Source: Hypanus sabinus (taxonomy: Eukaryota). From it: a stretch of DNA of 64,000 nucleotides. A program made the position numbers and the translations under genes. The stretch's first letter is position 1. Each line of letters starts with the position of its first letter. The DNA lies in assembly GCF_030144855.1 (NCBI RefSeq), contig NC_082714.1, forward strand, positions 115,010,001 through 115,074,000, given 5' to 3'. The notes beneath the pieces were generated by a model. That model saw nothing but the letters and a program-made list of their open reading frames with translations. It did no database searches and was not told where the DNA came from. Shown one piece after another: positions 36,601-51,600 of the stretch.

Positions 36601-39600
36601 GTTCAGATTGGAGATGAATATTGGGCACTATTTGATTTTTGACATGATTTAGAGATACAGGTTGAGTACCCCCATATCAGAAAAGCTTGGGGCCGGAAGT
36701 ATTTTTGCTTTTTTTTCCCACATTTTCTAATATATGGATCATGGGATCACCATCATTGCTGACTCTGAATTTATGTGCTACTGGCAAGCTGTCTTTGTCT
36801 TAGACTTGTTCATCACACATAAGTACTTAACAGTAAAAGTTATTACTTAGCACTAATATAATGCAAATACAATGTGTGCAGGGTAGCAAAAGCAGCACAG
36901 CAGCACTGGGAGAGAATACGTACCTGAATCAACTATTGAACAATGGCAAACAACGACAGGCTTTCAGTCTCCCCAGTGCTGCCATGTTTTAATTATAAGG
37001 TTACAGTATACTCTATTTGTATTTTACTTCTTTGTTTTATGTAAATTATAAAAAAACAATCAGCATTGTAGACTTTTTCTAGTTTTAGATCTTTCATCAG
37101 TGACGATCTTCATAAATATCAATATATTTCTCTGCTGCTTCATGATCAGCAGATGCTTTATCTTTAAAAAGTTTTGTTTTCTTAAATTTCTGCAACCAGC
37201 CTACTGAATATTCTCAATTACCGTCAATTTCAGAATGTCTTGATCGATCTTTGTTTCATGACCAGCATACCATTTTAAATGGCATATATTAACTCTGACA
37301 TTGATGAATCCAGTCTTTCAACACACAATCAAGATCTTTATTTTTCACTTTATACGGCGTTTTTCTATTTCTCATTAACTTTCATTCATTACAGATGTTA
37401 TATCACTTCTCAGAGTTACCTGTAATGCTTAGGGGCCTGCATACCACTTGGGAACTTTCCCAATGCTATAGGAAAATTTCCATTTGTGATATCATGCCAA
37501 AACTTGAAAAAAATTTGGATTTCAGAGGGCTTTCGGATAAGGGGTACTCAACCTGTAATTGGATGCTAGAACAATATTTCTACAGCTAATGAAAATCCCA
37601 TCAAGAAGTCACGCAGTTGTGTTCCTGCCAGAGGATATGCAGCTGGGACTGGGTTTGATAGTGCTCTATTTTCAGCCGCATTACATTTTGTTCAGTGGTG
37701 TGAGAAGGAATGCTTGAGCTATTGACAGTCACCCAAAAGGGATGGAACTGGAAGAAATATGCAATCAGATGCAAAAGACACAAGGACAAATTCCAGTCCA
37801 AGTGATATTGCATCTATTCGTAAGCTGAATTAATCAAAAATCAAGTAATTTTTCCTACATGTTTATCTGCCATTGGTCAATTCAAAAGCATTTGATCTGT
37901 GGGGTGGATAGATGAAAAAAATGAACATTATACATTGGTTGCTAGATTGCCCACTGAACTGTTAGATTTCAGGAAAAAAAGATGGAATTGGAAATCATCA
38001 ATTTCATTTTGTTTTACTCATCTCTGCACTGAACTGAGGCTGTGGCCTGCAACTAATGTGTTCCTGGATCAGCTGTAACTAGTTTCATAGCTGTGGACTC
38101 ACTTTTGTGAACTTCAGTTCTGAATGTTAATGGTTACTTTCATTGTTTCCACAATTTGTTTTATTTTCCTTGCACATTGGGTGTTTGATGATCTTTTTTA
38201 AAGGGTTCTATTGGGTTTCTTTGTTTTGTGGCTGCCTGTAAGGAGATGAAACTCAAGCTTGTATATAGTAAACATACTTTGATAATGAATGCACTTTGAA
38301 CTTTATAACCACTGGGTGAGAATAGAAACAAGGTTATAAAAGTCGATTAATTACCTCAGTTGATTAAATGTGCAACTACTGAAGGGACAACAGGGAGGGA
38401 ACAGCATATACTGACCTGTTGATGGTCTCCAATCAGAATGAGATGTTGACATGCTTTGCTGAGTGTTGTTATTAAATGGGCTTCAAGAACTTCAGCTGCT
38501 TCTTCTACCACCACAACGCGGGGCTGTACTTCCTGCAGAACCTTCCTGTATTTAGCTGCACCTATTTAAATGAATAATTCAGTTAAACACCGGAGATTCC
38601 ACTGAAATTGGGTGAGATTAGAACTCGAGGTCATTAGTAAAGGGGGAGAGGTGAAATGTTTAAAGGGAATCTGAGGGAGAGTGTGGAACAAGCTGTCAGC
38701 AGAAGGGCTGGATGCAGTTTCAAGTTCAACATTTAGATTATAAAACCAGATCACATAGGAACAGAATTAGGCCATTTGGCCCCTGGAATCTGCTAAGCCA
38801 TTTCATCACAGCTGATCCATTTTCCCTCTCAGCCCCAGTCTCCTGCCTTCCCCCCTGTATCCCTTCATGCCCTGACTAATCAAGAATCTATCAACTTCTG
38901 CCTTGGCCTCCACAGCCACCTGTGGCAACAAATTCCACAGATTCGCCACTCTCTGGCTAAAGAAATTCTCCCTCACCTCCATTTTAAGAGGACAACCCTC
39001 TATTCTGAGGCTGTGTCCTCTGGTCATAGATGCCCCCACCATTGCAAACAACTTCTCCACATCCAATCTATTGAGGCCCAGAGAGAGGCGTCAATTGGAA
39101 TGGATAACAATAAAGCCATTGGGTTCTCTTTTGTTAGCTGGAGGGTGCATCAGCAATTACAAAATATGTAGCAGACAGTGGTGGCAGCGGGAAAGGGGAC
39201 ACTCAAATCCAAATTGGATGATGAGACAGGCGATGATCATATAGCTAGATAGTGTAATTTCTATAAAACCTTGGAGAACGTGGAGTAGGAGAGAGCTACA
39301 GTACAGGAACTGGCCCTTTCACCCACTAAGACCACAGTGACCATCAACCACCCGCTAATTTACACTAATCCAACTTTATTCCCCCCACATTCCATAATCT
39401 CCTTCTAGAGTTTACCACTCATCTACACATTTGGGGTAAATTACAATGGCCAATTACCCTAACAATCCATGTGAACTTGTTCATGGGAGGAAACCAGAGC
39501 ACAGAGCACCCAAAGGAAGTCACACAGTCATAGCAACAACATAAAAATGCCACATAGATACCACCCAAAGTCAGGAGTGAAGCAATATGAGGTAGTGATC

Positions 39601-42600
39601 CTGTCAGCTGTACCTATTTGCTGCCCATATCAACCTTTAGGTACCTTGCTACATGGGCAAAGGAAGATTTTTGTGCAATGTGCATCAACCAACTTGATCT
39701 TTCAAGAATCATTAGATTCTAGTCATTCAAAGGAATGGAAAATTGCAAATTCCACTCCACTTTTAAGAAGGGAGGGAGATAAGATTGGAAATTATAGGCT
39801 AGCTAGCCTGACTTCAGAGTTCAGTAAGATGTTGGCGTCCATAATTAAGGATGAGGTTCCGAGGTTGTTAGGGGCACATGATACATTGGGGCAAGTCAGC
39901 ATGGTTTTAAGGGGAAATCTTGCCTGACAAATCTGTTGGAATTCTTTGAGGAAATAACAAGCAGGATAGACAAAGGAGACTCAGTGGATGTTGTTTACTT
40001 GGATTTTCAGAAGGCCTTTGACAAGGTGCTAAACTTGACACTGATTAGCAAGATCCCATGGTGATACTGGAAAAATACTTGCATTGATAGAAGATTGGCT
40101 GACTGGTAGGAGGCAAAGAGTGGGAATAAAGATGGCCTTTACTGGTTTGCTGCTGGTGACTAGTGGTATTCCGCAGGGGTTAGTGTTGGGACTGCTTCTT
40201 TTCACATTATATGTCAATGATTTGAATGATGGACTTGATGGCCATGTGGCCAAGTTTGTGAATGATACAAAGCTAGGTGGTAGTGTTAAGGAAGCATGGA
40301 GTCTGCACAAGAAATTAGACAGATTAGATTACTTGGCACAGAAGTATAGATGGAATACAGTGAAGTGTATGGTCATACACTTTGGTAGAAGGAATAAAAG
40401 GTGCATACTATTTTCTAATTGGAGAGCAAATTCAGAAGTGCAAAGGGAATTGGGAGTCATAGAGCAGTGTTCACTAATGGTTAACTTCCTGCAAATACGA
40501 TTCATTTTAAAAGGCCTATCATATAAAAGTAAGCATGTAATGCTGAGGCTTTATAAGGTATTGGTCAGAGCACATCTGAAGTGTTGAGAGTAGTTTGGGA
40601 CCCTTATCTGAGTAAAGATCTCATGGCATTGCAGAGGGTCTAGAGGTGGTTCATGAGAATCTCAGGGATAAAAGGGTTTACATATGAGGAGTGTTTGATA
40701 GCTCTGAGCCTGTATTCACTAGACTTTAGAAGATTGAGGGGGGATCTCGTTGAAACTTATTAAATATTTAAAGACCTAGTTAGAGTGGACGTGGAGAGGA
40801 TGTTTCCCACATATGTAGAGTCTAGGACTAGAGGGCACAGCCTCAGAATCCAAGAACATCCCTTTAGAGCAGAGGTGAGGAAGAATTTCCATTGCCAGAG
40901 TGTGGTGAATCTGTGGAATTTATTGCCACTGACTGCTGTTGAGGCCAAGTCACTGGGCTTATTTAAAGCTGAAGTTGATTGGTTTTTGATTAGTAAGGGC
41001 ATCAAAGGTTATGGGAAGAAGGGGTTGAGAGAGATAATAAAAATCAGTCATGATGCAATGGAACACAAACTGATTAGGTTGAAGGGCCTTAAACCATATT
41101 TAAAACAAGCTTACATTTCACTTACATACTTATCACAGAGCAGTGGTAAAGTTTTAAATGAGCTAGGTCTCAGGCTTTGCTGGTGAGGTTCCATAGAGAA
41201 GCATGTTAACAGTGGATTGGTTAATTAGCTAATTAACAGCAGCCAACAAGAAAGTTGAGCAGCTTTCTGTTTGAGCGGCAGTCACAAGATAGGGCTTAGG
41301 CTTTGATGTGAGGAGGCTGAGCAAGTGGCCTGGGTGTCGTGGGTGAGAATGGATCTTTAAAGAGGCATGGGTGAAGAAGCACAAGTGAAGTTTATTTTGT
41401 TGCTGATCCTCAGTACTTGATTTACTATAGGTAGGATGGTAGTTAGAGCAGTGGAATGCTCTTCTGAAGGATGTAGGAAATCAAGGGATCTCAGCCTCCC
41501 TAATGACATCTGTGCAAAGCTGCATCTCCTAATAGACTGGGTCACCGAAATGGAAAAAGAATAGGATCATCTGGGAACTTGAGAACATCATTTATGAGAC
41601 TTCTATGGAGGTGACCAACCCAAGGCTTCCTCTCCAGTTAAATAACTGGTACACCTCTTTGGATACTGTTGTCACGGATCAATTGGACTGAAGAACTGAA
41701 TCTGGGCTGTATTACTCCAGGTGGGGGGGTGGGGGCTATATACTTTCAGGTGCCAGCAATAGCATTCAGGTCTCTGGCACAGTAACTGCCTCAAGCTCAA
41801 ATGGAAAAGGTGAAGTCAGGCAGGTTAACTATGATAGATCATTCAATAGTGATGGAAGCAGTCATGAGGTTCGGCGACTGCAGAAGAGATGCCAGAATGG
41901 TGTGTTGCCTCCAGATGCCAAGATTGAGGATGTCACTGAGTGGCTGTAGAAAATAGTTGAGGGGGAGGATGAGCAGCTAGAGATCATTGTATGAATGACA
42001 AAAGTGAAACAAGGATTGAGATCCTACAAAATGAGGTAAGAAGTTAGAAGCATCTTTTCCTTTGAGGGTCGTGATCTCTGGTTTACTCTGTAGTGCCAGA
42101 CACAAGCGAGGTCAGAATTGGAAGGATAGGCCAGACGTACTTGTGGCTGAGGAGCTGGCCAAAGGGGTGGGGATTCAGGTTCTCAGACCGCTAGGATCTC
42201 TTCTGGGGTAGAGATAGCCCAAACAAGGCAGATGGGTTGCACTTGAATGGGAGAGGGAGCAATACCATTGTGTTACACAGGCGGGTTTAAAACAGTCTGG
42301 CAGGGGCCTGGGCCTTTGAACTGGTTTAAAGCAGTGAACAGTGAAAGCAAAGTAGGTAATCAAGATAAGCAAGGAGACTGTATAAGAAGGGGAAGGAATA
42401 CTCAGTTACAACTCTCATTTCATTGCACGAGGTTTTTTCCATAACGGGTAAGGTAGATGAACACAGCACAAATTGACTCAGATCTGGGATGTTTATAGTT
42501 AGAACAGAGAAAGGAGAGCCATCAACTCAGTTGTCCCATGCTTACAGGTGTGACATAAGTACAGGTAAATGAGGAAAAAGTTCTGCATTATTGATAAGGC

Positions 42601-45600
42601 AAGATATAACAGGAATACTTGGGGATGACCATCTGGGGGTCATCCAGTGAAGCCACGAGGAGAAATTAGAAACAAGAGGAGGGTCTCTCTGACGGGATTG
42701 TATTATGGACCCCCACAGTCAACGGAACAGAGGACTGAGGAATACGTGAATAGCTTGTTGGAAGTGGTATCACAGGTAAACATGGTGGTGAAAAATGTGT
42801 GTTGCCTGCTGTCTTACATCAGTCAGAACTTTTGAGGATAGAAATTGGGACATGATGTTACATTATAGTAAGTTGTTGGCTAGCCTGTGCTTGGAGTATG
42901 TATACAGTTTGAATGCTGTTGTAGGAAAGCCATGATTAAACTGGAGAGAGTGCAGAAAAGACTTGCCAGAATGCTGCAAGGACCAGAGGGCCCGAATAAG
43001 AAGTAAAGGTTGGCCAGGCTATGTTTCAATTCCTTGCAACATGTGGCAATGTGGGCTGTATTGCTCTGACTCTGACCCCCAGGTCTCCTGGAGGTTAAAG
43101 CTGATTTATGTCCAGGTGAGTTTTTAAATAAGTGCCCAACCTCTACTGATGCACATACTTAATAGACTTAAGGAGAGCAAACCTGTGGTTGTCATTCCAA
43201 CAACTTTAGCTTCCTTCAGGACCCAGAGGTCTTCTTGCAGCCTCAACTCTGTCAGTCTGTCAGCTGCTGTTTGATAGAGCTGCTCGTGCTGGATTATCCG
43301 TCGCCTTATATCCATCTGGTACATGGATAACCACAGTCTAGAATTTCAAAGTTTTACATTAGTCAGTCACAAATTCACCAACGTTATGGGAAAAGTTCAT
43401 AACTATTCCTTTCCAGTGTGCCAGGTTTTCAAGTACTGAGCCATGGCATGTCTGTCTTTTTCCACTAGGTGGTGGTTAATAGACATTGCTCACTCAGGAA
43501 ATAGCTGGATATTAATCTATAGAGTACTGTTACTGCAATCTTTTGCAGATGACTGGTGGGGATGAAATATTTATTAGTGATGGCAGTATGTGCGGAAATG
43601 TGTCCTTTAGCCCAGAAACAGGCCCAGGACAGGCTGTCTCAGGCCTCCAGCGGACTAGTGGACTGGCAGACATTGGGCCTTGCATTTCCCTAGTATACTC
43701 AGATGCTCCAGCACCAGACTTCAACTTCCCACAGACTTTCAGGCTTTGGTTGTGCTCTCGACCCCAGGATTCACCGCTGGCAATGAATAAGGACTCGGGC
43801 TAGGCCTTGAACTCTGGATTCTCTGACGCCTAGGACCCGCGCAATTCGCACTTCCCCCGCACCGTTAAAGCATGGAATAATCTTCATCCTACCGTAGTCA
43901 CACAATCAAACCCAATTAAATTTAAGACAGCAACACACACAAAATGCTGGTGGAATGCAGCAGGCCAGGCAGCATCTATAGGGAGAAGCACTGTCAACGT
44001 TTCGGGCAGTCTCTCGGGCGCCCGAAACGTCGACAGTGCTTCTCCCTATAGATGCTGCCTGGCTTTCTGTGTTCCACCAGCATTTTGTGTGTGCTGCTTG
44101 AATTTCCAGCATCTGCAGATTTCATGTTTAAATTTAAGACAGCTCTTCTTCTTCAAAAGTCCATCCTCTGCCACCTCCAGTTTAAATTCTATGCGGAATA
44201 TTTTGGAGGACCAAGAACCAAGAACCCCGAACCCCAGGCCTCAAGCTCCGGTCTTGCTGACTTGCAAACCTAGCGGGTCACCAGTGTGGAACTCCAGACC
44301 GAGAACCCACCAATGACTCATTGAACTGGGGCCATCAATCCTCGTTCTAGCTGGCCTACTATCCAACCACAGGTCCTTCATCATCTGTCTATGTAACTGG
44401 CCTTTGAGCACTGAGCTAGATCCTTGCCTGTCCTTTAACTCCACCATATCCCTAACCCTTAACCCTAACCTAACCCATAACTCCATGCTGTCCCCAAATC
44501 CAGCTCTATAAACCTAAAAAAAAACAAGTCTAAGACACTGAGAGACTACCTCAAATGATACTGCAAACTGGACATACTGATCTTTGTTCTTTCATCTCAC
44601 TCATTCTGGATCAAGACAGGATTTCTTCCTTTCTTCCTCCATCCTCACAATTCCTTGGGCATAATATTCATGCTTTATCGATGGATATTTGAATTGGGAA
44701 CACGAGAAGGCCACTTAGTTCCTCTGGTGAACTCCATTATAAAACCATGGCTAATGCAACCTCAGCTCCCCACTCATGCCTACTATGCCAAACCACAGCC
44801 CCATGCTTATCAAGAATCTGTCTACCGTCACTTTAATACATTCAAGATCTCTGCTTTTGAGTTCCAAAGGCTCACTACTCTCAGGAAATACTGTCTGCTT
44901 TTCAATAGTAGTTACTTGTTTTGGATTCTATCTTGGAGAAAACATCTTTACACCAACTCTGTCAAGACTCCACAGGAGACTCTGTAGCAGGAGTTCACAA
45001 CCATAGTCCACTGTAATGGATGTCCAGTTAGCCCTCTTTAGTGGACTAGAAATCTTTATGCTATGAAATCCATTGGGCACAGAGCACCACCACTGAAAAA
45101 AGTTGCAGTAACTATGGAGTAAAATGATAAAATTATGGTTCCAAGAGCACCAAGGAGTTTATTAACATTGAAAACACAACACACTGGCCAATTTAAACTT
45201 GAAACGGAAAATTTAGGAAATACCCAGATTGCCAAGAGAAGAATTAATTATTCAGATCAGATAAAATGACATTTTATCAGTTGATCAACCTGAAACACAA
45301 ATACTTCCCTCTCTACTGATGTTGCTTCATCTACTGAATATTTTCAGCATTTACTGTGGTAATATTCTAACATCTGCAGCTTATTGTTTCTTCCAATGAA
45401 AGAGGGAATACTGATAGATAGCACTGTGCGTCCTCTCACCTGTACAGTCGCCACCTGTCCTCAAGAGAAAGCAGCCAGATATTGGTAATTTTTTTCTGCT
45501 CTGCTGCAGACATAACACCACTCTTCTGCAGTTCCCCCTTTGCTCTCTTCTTCATTTTCTTCTTCTGGGGGCGTTGTTGCTGTTCAAAAGCAAGGACACC

Positions 45601-48600
45601 ATGCTAAGAGCAGGACTGAGAAACCATATGAACAGACTATTCTGAAACACAAGCAACTTTTGGGAGTACAGAATAGCTGCTCAAGTGTATATTCTTGTTA
45701 TGCAGCATCTGCCTAAGACTTTCTATCCATAATGAGCCCAGAGTTTGCTGACCCACACTGGTACTGTACAGTATGGAGCACACATGCAGTATACTCTGCT
45801 GAATTTGTACTGAACCAGTAACAGTGCTTGTTACTTACATTAGATTTGACAAATTCATGCACTTGGAACTTTAATGAAAGATCTCATTTCAGAACCGCAG
45901 GTCTACACTTACCTGCCAGCCGCCTTCTGTCATTTGGCCTGCTTTCTGAGTTCCTTGGTTCAGATTCATTGCTAACAATTTGTTTGCTAGTTCAGCAATA
46001 TCAGCATCTTCCTTCTTCCTGGTCCTCATTTTTAGCTCATTCCCATCAATTACTCTTTCTGCCTGAATGAGCTCTGCTTCCTCAGGGATATGAATTAATT
46101 CTTCTTCCTCTTCATCTTTATCCTCATCCTCATCTTCTTGGTCATCTTAACACAAAAAAAGGTTTGATTCTTTTGAGGAGATGAGGAATAGGGCCAGAAA
46201 ACAGTCCTGTAGTGCTGTAGTTTTCTACGTTATATTGCAAGGTAATAGGGGACAAGCTCTCCTCTACAATCACTCTGAGCACCGGTGCCCCACAAGGCTG
46301 TGTACTCAGCCCCCTGCTATACTCACTGTACACCCATGATTGTGCAGCCAAGTTTCCATCGAACTCAATATATAAGTTTGCTGATGACACCACAATTATA
46401 GGCCATATCTTGGGTAATGATGAGTCTGAGTACAGAGACGAAATTAAGAACCTGGTGGCATGGTGCGAAGACAATAACCTATCCTTCAAAGTCAGCAAGA
46501 CGAAGGAATTGGTTGTTAACTTCAGAAGGAGTAGTGGACCACACAACCCCATCTACATCAGTGGTGCGCAGGTGGAACAGGTCAAAAGCTTTAAGTTCAT
46601 CGGGGTAAATATCACAAATGAAATGACCTGACTTGGTCTAACCAAGCAGAGTCCACTGCCAAGAAGGCCCACCAGTGCCTTTACTTCCTGAGAAAGCTGA
46701 AGAAATTTGGCCTGTCCCCTAAAACCCTCACTAATTTTTATAGATGCACCATAGAAAGCATTCTTCTAGGGTGCATCACAACCTGGTATGGAAGTTGTCC
46801 TGTCCAAGACCGGAAGAAGCTGCAGAAGATCGTGAATATAGCCCAGGACATCACACAAACCAATCTTCCATCCTTGGGATCACTTTACACCGCACGCTGT
46901 CGAAGCAGTGCTGCCAGGATAATCAAGGACACAAACCACCCAGCCAACACACTTTTTGTCCCTCTTCCCTCCGGGAGAAGGTTCAGGAGCATGAAGATTC
47001 ATACAGCTAGTTTTGGGAACAGCTTCTTTCTAACTGTGATAAGTCTGCTGAACAGATCCTGACCCGGATCTGGGCCGTACCTTCCAAATATCCGGACCTG
47101 ATTTGCACTACCTTACTTTCCCTTTTCTATTTTCTAATTATGATTTATAATTTAAATTTTTATTATATTTACTTTGATTTGTACTTCAGGGAGCGCAAAG
47201 CGCAAAAACAAATATCACTGCGATGATTGTACGCTCTAGTGTTTGGTGACAATAAAGTAACTAAAGTAATGCAATGGGTGACAGATGACATACATCATTC
47301 ATAATAGAAATTGTTCTATGTAATTCACAAACAGTGTCATTGAACTGTTGAATTCACTTTAAGAGGTGGTGTCTGATGTAATTATATCACTGTAAGAGGA
47401 CTGCTTTTGGTTTGTTTGTAATGGAAGGAAAGGTCTGTGGATTTTGTTAAGCACATAAGACACTGACACGTTTTATTCACAAAATCCTACAATATGTTCT
47501 ATTTTCTCCCCCAATAATCTCATGCAAGGTTCACTGGCCAGTAGTTACCTCACTTATCACTGCTATCTTTAAATAAAGGAACTATATTAGCTATCTTCCA
47601 GTCTTCTGGTTCATGACCTGTGGTAAACAAAGATACAGGTCTCCTCAGGGTCCCAACAATTTCCCACTTCTTCTCTCATAGCAGATAGATCTCACCAAAC
47701 ATGAGGATTTATCCTTCTTTGTGAAATCCATGATTATCTAACACCTCCTCCAAAATACTGACAAATTCCAGAGTATCAGCCACTCCTCTACTTTCCACAC
47801 TTCTACTCTGGTGAATATAGAAAAGAAGTATTAAGTTAGGACCTCACTCACACTCTGGCCAGGCCAGTCTGACTGTATTACTCAAGCTCTGCAGTCCTAA
47901 CAACATCCCTATGAATCTTTACCGCCCCCTTTCCAGCTTAATGACATCTTTCCTATTGCTGGAGTCCCACTGAAGTCTTGGCCCAAAACATTGACTGTTC
48001 GTTCCTCCCCATGATGCTGCCTGATCTGCTGAGATCCTCTAGAACTTCATGTGTGCTTCCAGTTGCTAGGCAACTGGAACTGCACATAATACTTGCATCT
48101 CACTAATGCTTTGTACAGCTGCGCCAAAACGTTTCATCTCCTGCACTCAAGTGGCCTGACCGACAAAGGCAACTGAGTTAGGCAACTTTTTCACCACCTT
48201 GTCTATCAGTGCCACCACTTTCAAGGAACTTTACTTGGTCTTTCTGTTCTTCATTTAGTTCTCTCACAGACCTCTTGCATATCTGAAGGGTCTCACTATT
48301 TTTCAGTAGCCTCCAATTCTATTAGTGTCTCCAATGCTATTGAGTTTAATACTACAGGATAATTGCATGTTTTGCCCAGATCTTCAACCAATATTATCAC
48401 AGCAACTCAGATGAAAAATGAGATTTTCAATACTTGGGTTCAGAATCATGGAGTTGTGGCCCAGTAACAACCCAAGAGTTGTGATAAAACAAATCTGAAC
48501 ATTTTAGTACCTGCATTTTCCATGTCAACTGGTGATCTTCCAGGAATTTCAGGCACACCCATGAAGCCAAGACCAAACCACTCTAAGAGTAATGAATGTT

Positions 48601-51600
48601 TTTCTCCAGGAAACTGATGATCAAAATTCTGCAAAATTAAAACATTTAGTAAAACTTCTAACCTTAAAAGACTTAAAATCTGTGGTAACATCATAACATG
48701 GAAAAACTCGGCAGGTCAGTATGGAAAGAGCTACAGAATCATTAACACAAACTGAATACGTTTCATGGCTTAAACACGGAGGGTTATAAACACTCAAATG
48801 AGTGTTTAAAAATGAGTTAATACAGGAACAATGTACAACAAAGAACACCTCATGCATTTCAGTTCTGAAGCATTCTTAAGTTCATCAATTGTTTAGAGTT
48901 CATCTGTATTACAGTAGTTAAAGCTTTCATTATAGTTGATGTTAAGATGTTGGCCATGAAGGAGTTAAAATCTGGTAGAAAACATCAAAGTCAAATGAGT
49001 CAAGGACAGGGAAGTGGACAAACGATTTGTCTTTGTTCTTGCAATTTGGTTAAAGAAATGGATAGTGCCATTTTGTGAAACTGCTCTGTAATTTCTATTT
49101 TGTGAACTGTCTTATGACCTGTTTCTGCTCAGAAAAAGATCTATCTTCAAAGTGGTTTAAAGCAGACACAGTGATACTCCTGATAACCTGATGAACTAAA
49201 GATGATTTCCAATTAAGAAGTTATTTGTGATGCATTCTTTGGTATGATAGTATATGCAGGTTTATGAATAGGGGAATCTGTGTCTGACCTGAGAATGACC
49301 CTAGTACCAGGGTGATTCAGAACCAAGGACAGAAAGGTAAGCAATTTGATGCTGGTTTGGACGAGAGCCAATGGGAAACTGAAACACATTAGCCAGGTAG
49401 GCAAGAGTCAACAAGGTCATAACACAGCATTTGAACTGTTAAGGAAGGAGTACAAAAAGGTGGGGTTTCAAATACAAAGCAGCGAGAACTCCAGAAATTA
49501 ACTATCATAAGGAAGGTGCCCCACATTAGGGGCTAGGAGAAAAAGGATGAATCTTTTAGCCAATGGGAGATCCCCTATTTTGGTGCTATAAATGGCAGAA
49601 GTTGTCTGAGTGAATATTAGTACAGAGAATTCATGTTTTAAGTTATTGGTCTGGAGTCAACATACTGATGTTTGTGTGGAGACTATTTTAAGTGCGAGCT
49701 TTGATTAATTAACAGCTGTGTAATTAATTGTCTAACCTAAACCAGATAATGATCAGTCAACAAAGGGAAAGCCATATATCGTTATATTCGCCCTGATGTC
49801 ATCTAGTGACATCTTGAATAAAAAGGTTTACTAAATTGCTTCGAGTCCATATAATGAACAATCACTTGTTCAAGATGTGATAAAGCATGATGAAATTTAT
49901 GGAGCCATTTCTTCAACATTCTTACCCATCCACTCTGCAAGCTTTGCCAGTGCACTGGTGAGATGTATCTTTCCAAATACTGTTCATGGACAATTCCTTG
50001 TGTTGTGCACTCCAAGTGTTTTGCTGCACTGCAAATCTTTTGCTCAGATTCTCTCATCTGGTTGGTTACCTTTAACAATTCAGAATTTAGTTAATAATTT
50101 ACTTCATGCAAATATTGCTAATATTCATTTAAAGATATGGGAATTTAGCAATGCTTTATACACTAAAGAAGATGTAATTAAAATAAAAAATATCAATTTG
50201 ATAGTGGTAATAAAAGAGGGAAAGAAGAGGGAAAGAAGTTAGAGGAAGAGGAAGGTGAAGAGGAGAGTTAACAGAGAAAAGTAGGTGCCATAAAGTTTAA
50301 GGAGAGTAGAAAGAAGAAGTGAAGGTTCTCTCTATCTCCTTTTATCCTCCCCTCCACCCCCCCAACACCCAATCTATTGTGTAGAATTTTCTGCAGTCCA
50401 GATCAACTGGCACAGGAGTCAAAGACTCCATCTTCAATCCTGGCTCATCTCCTGTCTTCAACCACTACTGGTGACCAGGCAGGGTACAGATTGGTAGGGG
50501 GCAGTAAATGCAACTTAAAGGTCTAATATCAAGGCAATGAGCACTAGGACAGTGTGTTGAAGATGGGGATTGTTGTTTAAACAAGAGTGATATATACAAA
50601 CGTTTGTATATCAGCGAAAAGAGGCTCAAGAATATCAACATAAAGCTTGTAAATTCTAATAGTATGCACTAATTAATAATTATCTTGCTGGTGACTAGCT
50701 GAGAATCTGAATACATGCTGCATTCATAAGCCCACAAGACAAAGGAGCAGAAGTCAGCCATTCGGCCCATCGAGTCTGCTTCGCCATTTTATCATGATCT
50801 GATCCATTCTCCCGTTTAGTCCCATTCCCCCGCCTTCTCACAATAACCTTTGATGCCCTGGCTACTCAGATGCCTATCAATTTCTGCCTTAAATACACCC
50901 AATGACTTGGCCTCCACTGCGCTCGTGGCAACAAATTCCATAGATTCACCACCCTCTGGCTAAAAAAATTTCTTCACATCTCTGTTCTGAATGGGTGCCC
51001 TTCAATCCTTAAGTCATGCCCTCTCGTACTAGACTCCCCCACCATGGGAAACAACTTTGCCACATCCACTCTGTCCATGCCTTTCAATATTCAGAATGTT
51101 TCTATAAGGTCCCCCTCATTCTCCTCATCTCCAAGGAGTACAGTCCAAGAGCAGTCAAACATTCCTCATATGTTAACCCTCTCATCCCTGGATTCATTCT
51201 AGTGAATCTTCTCTGAACCCTCGCCAACATCAGCACATCCTTTCTTAAATAAGGAGCCCAAAACTGCACACAGTACTCCAAGTGAGGTCTTACCAGTGCC
51301 TTATAGAGCCGCAATATCACATCCCTGCTCCCATGCTCTATTCCTCCAGAAATGAATGCCAACATTGCATTCGCCTTCTTCACCAGCAACTCAACCTTAA
51401 GGGTATCCTGCATGAGGACTCCCAATTCCTGTTGCATCTCAGAACTTTTAATTCTCTCTCCATTTAAATAATAGTCTGCCCGTTTATTTCTTCTACCAAA
51501 GTGCACGACCATACACTTTTCAACATTGTATTTTATTTGCCACTTCTTTGCCCATTCCCCCAATCTATCCAAGTCTCTCTGCAGACTCCCTGTTTCCTCA

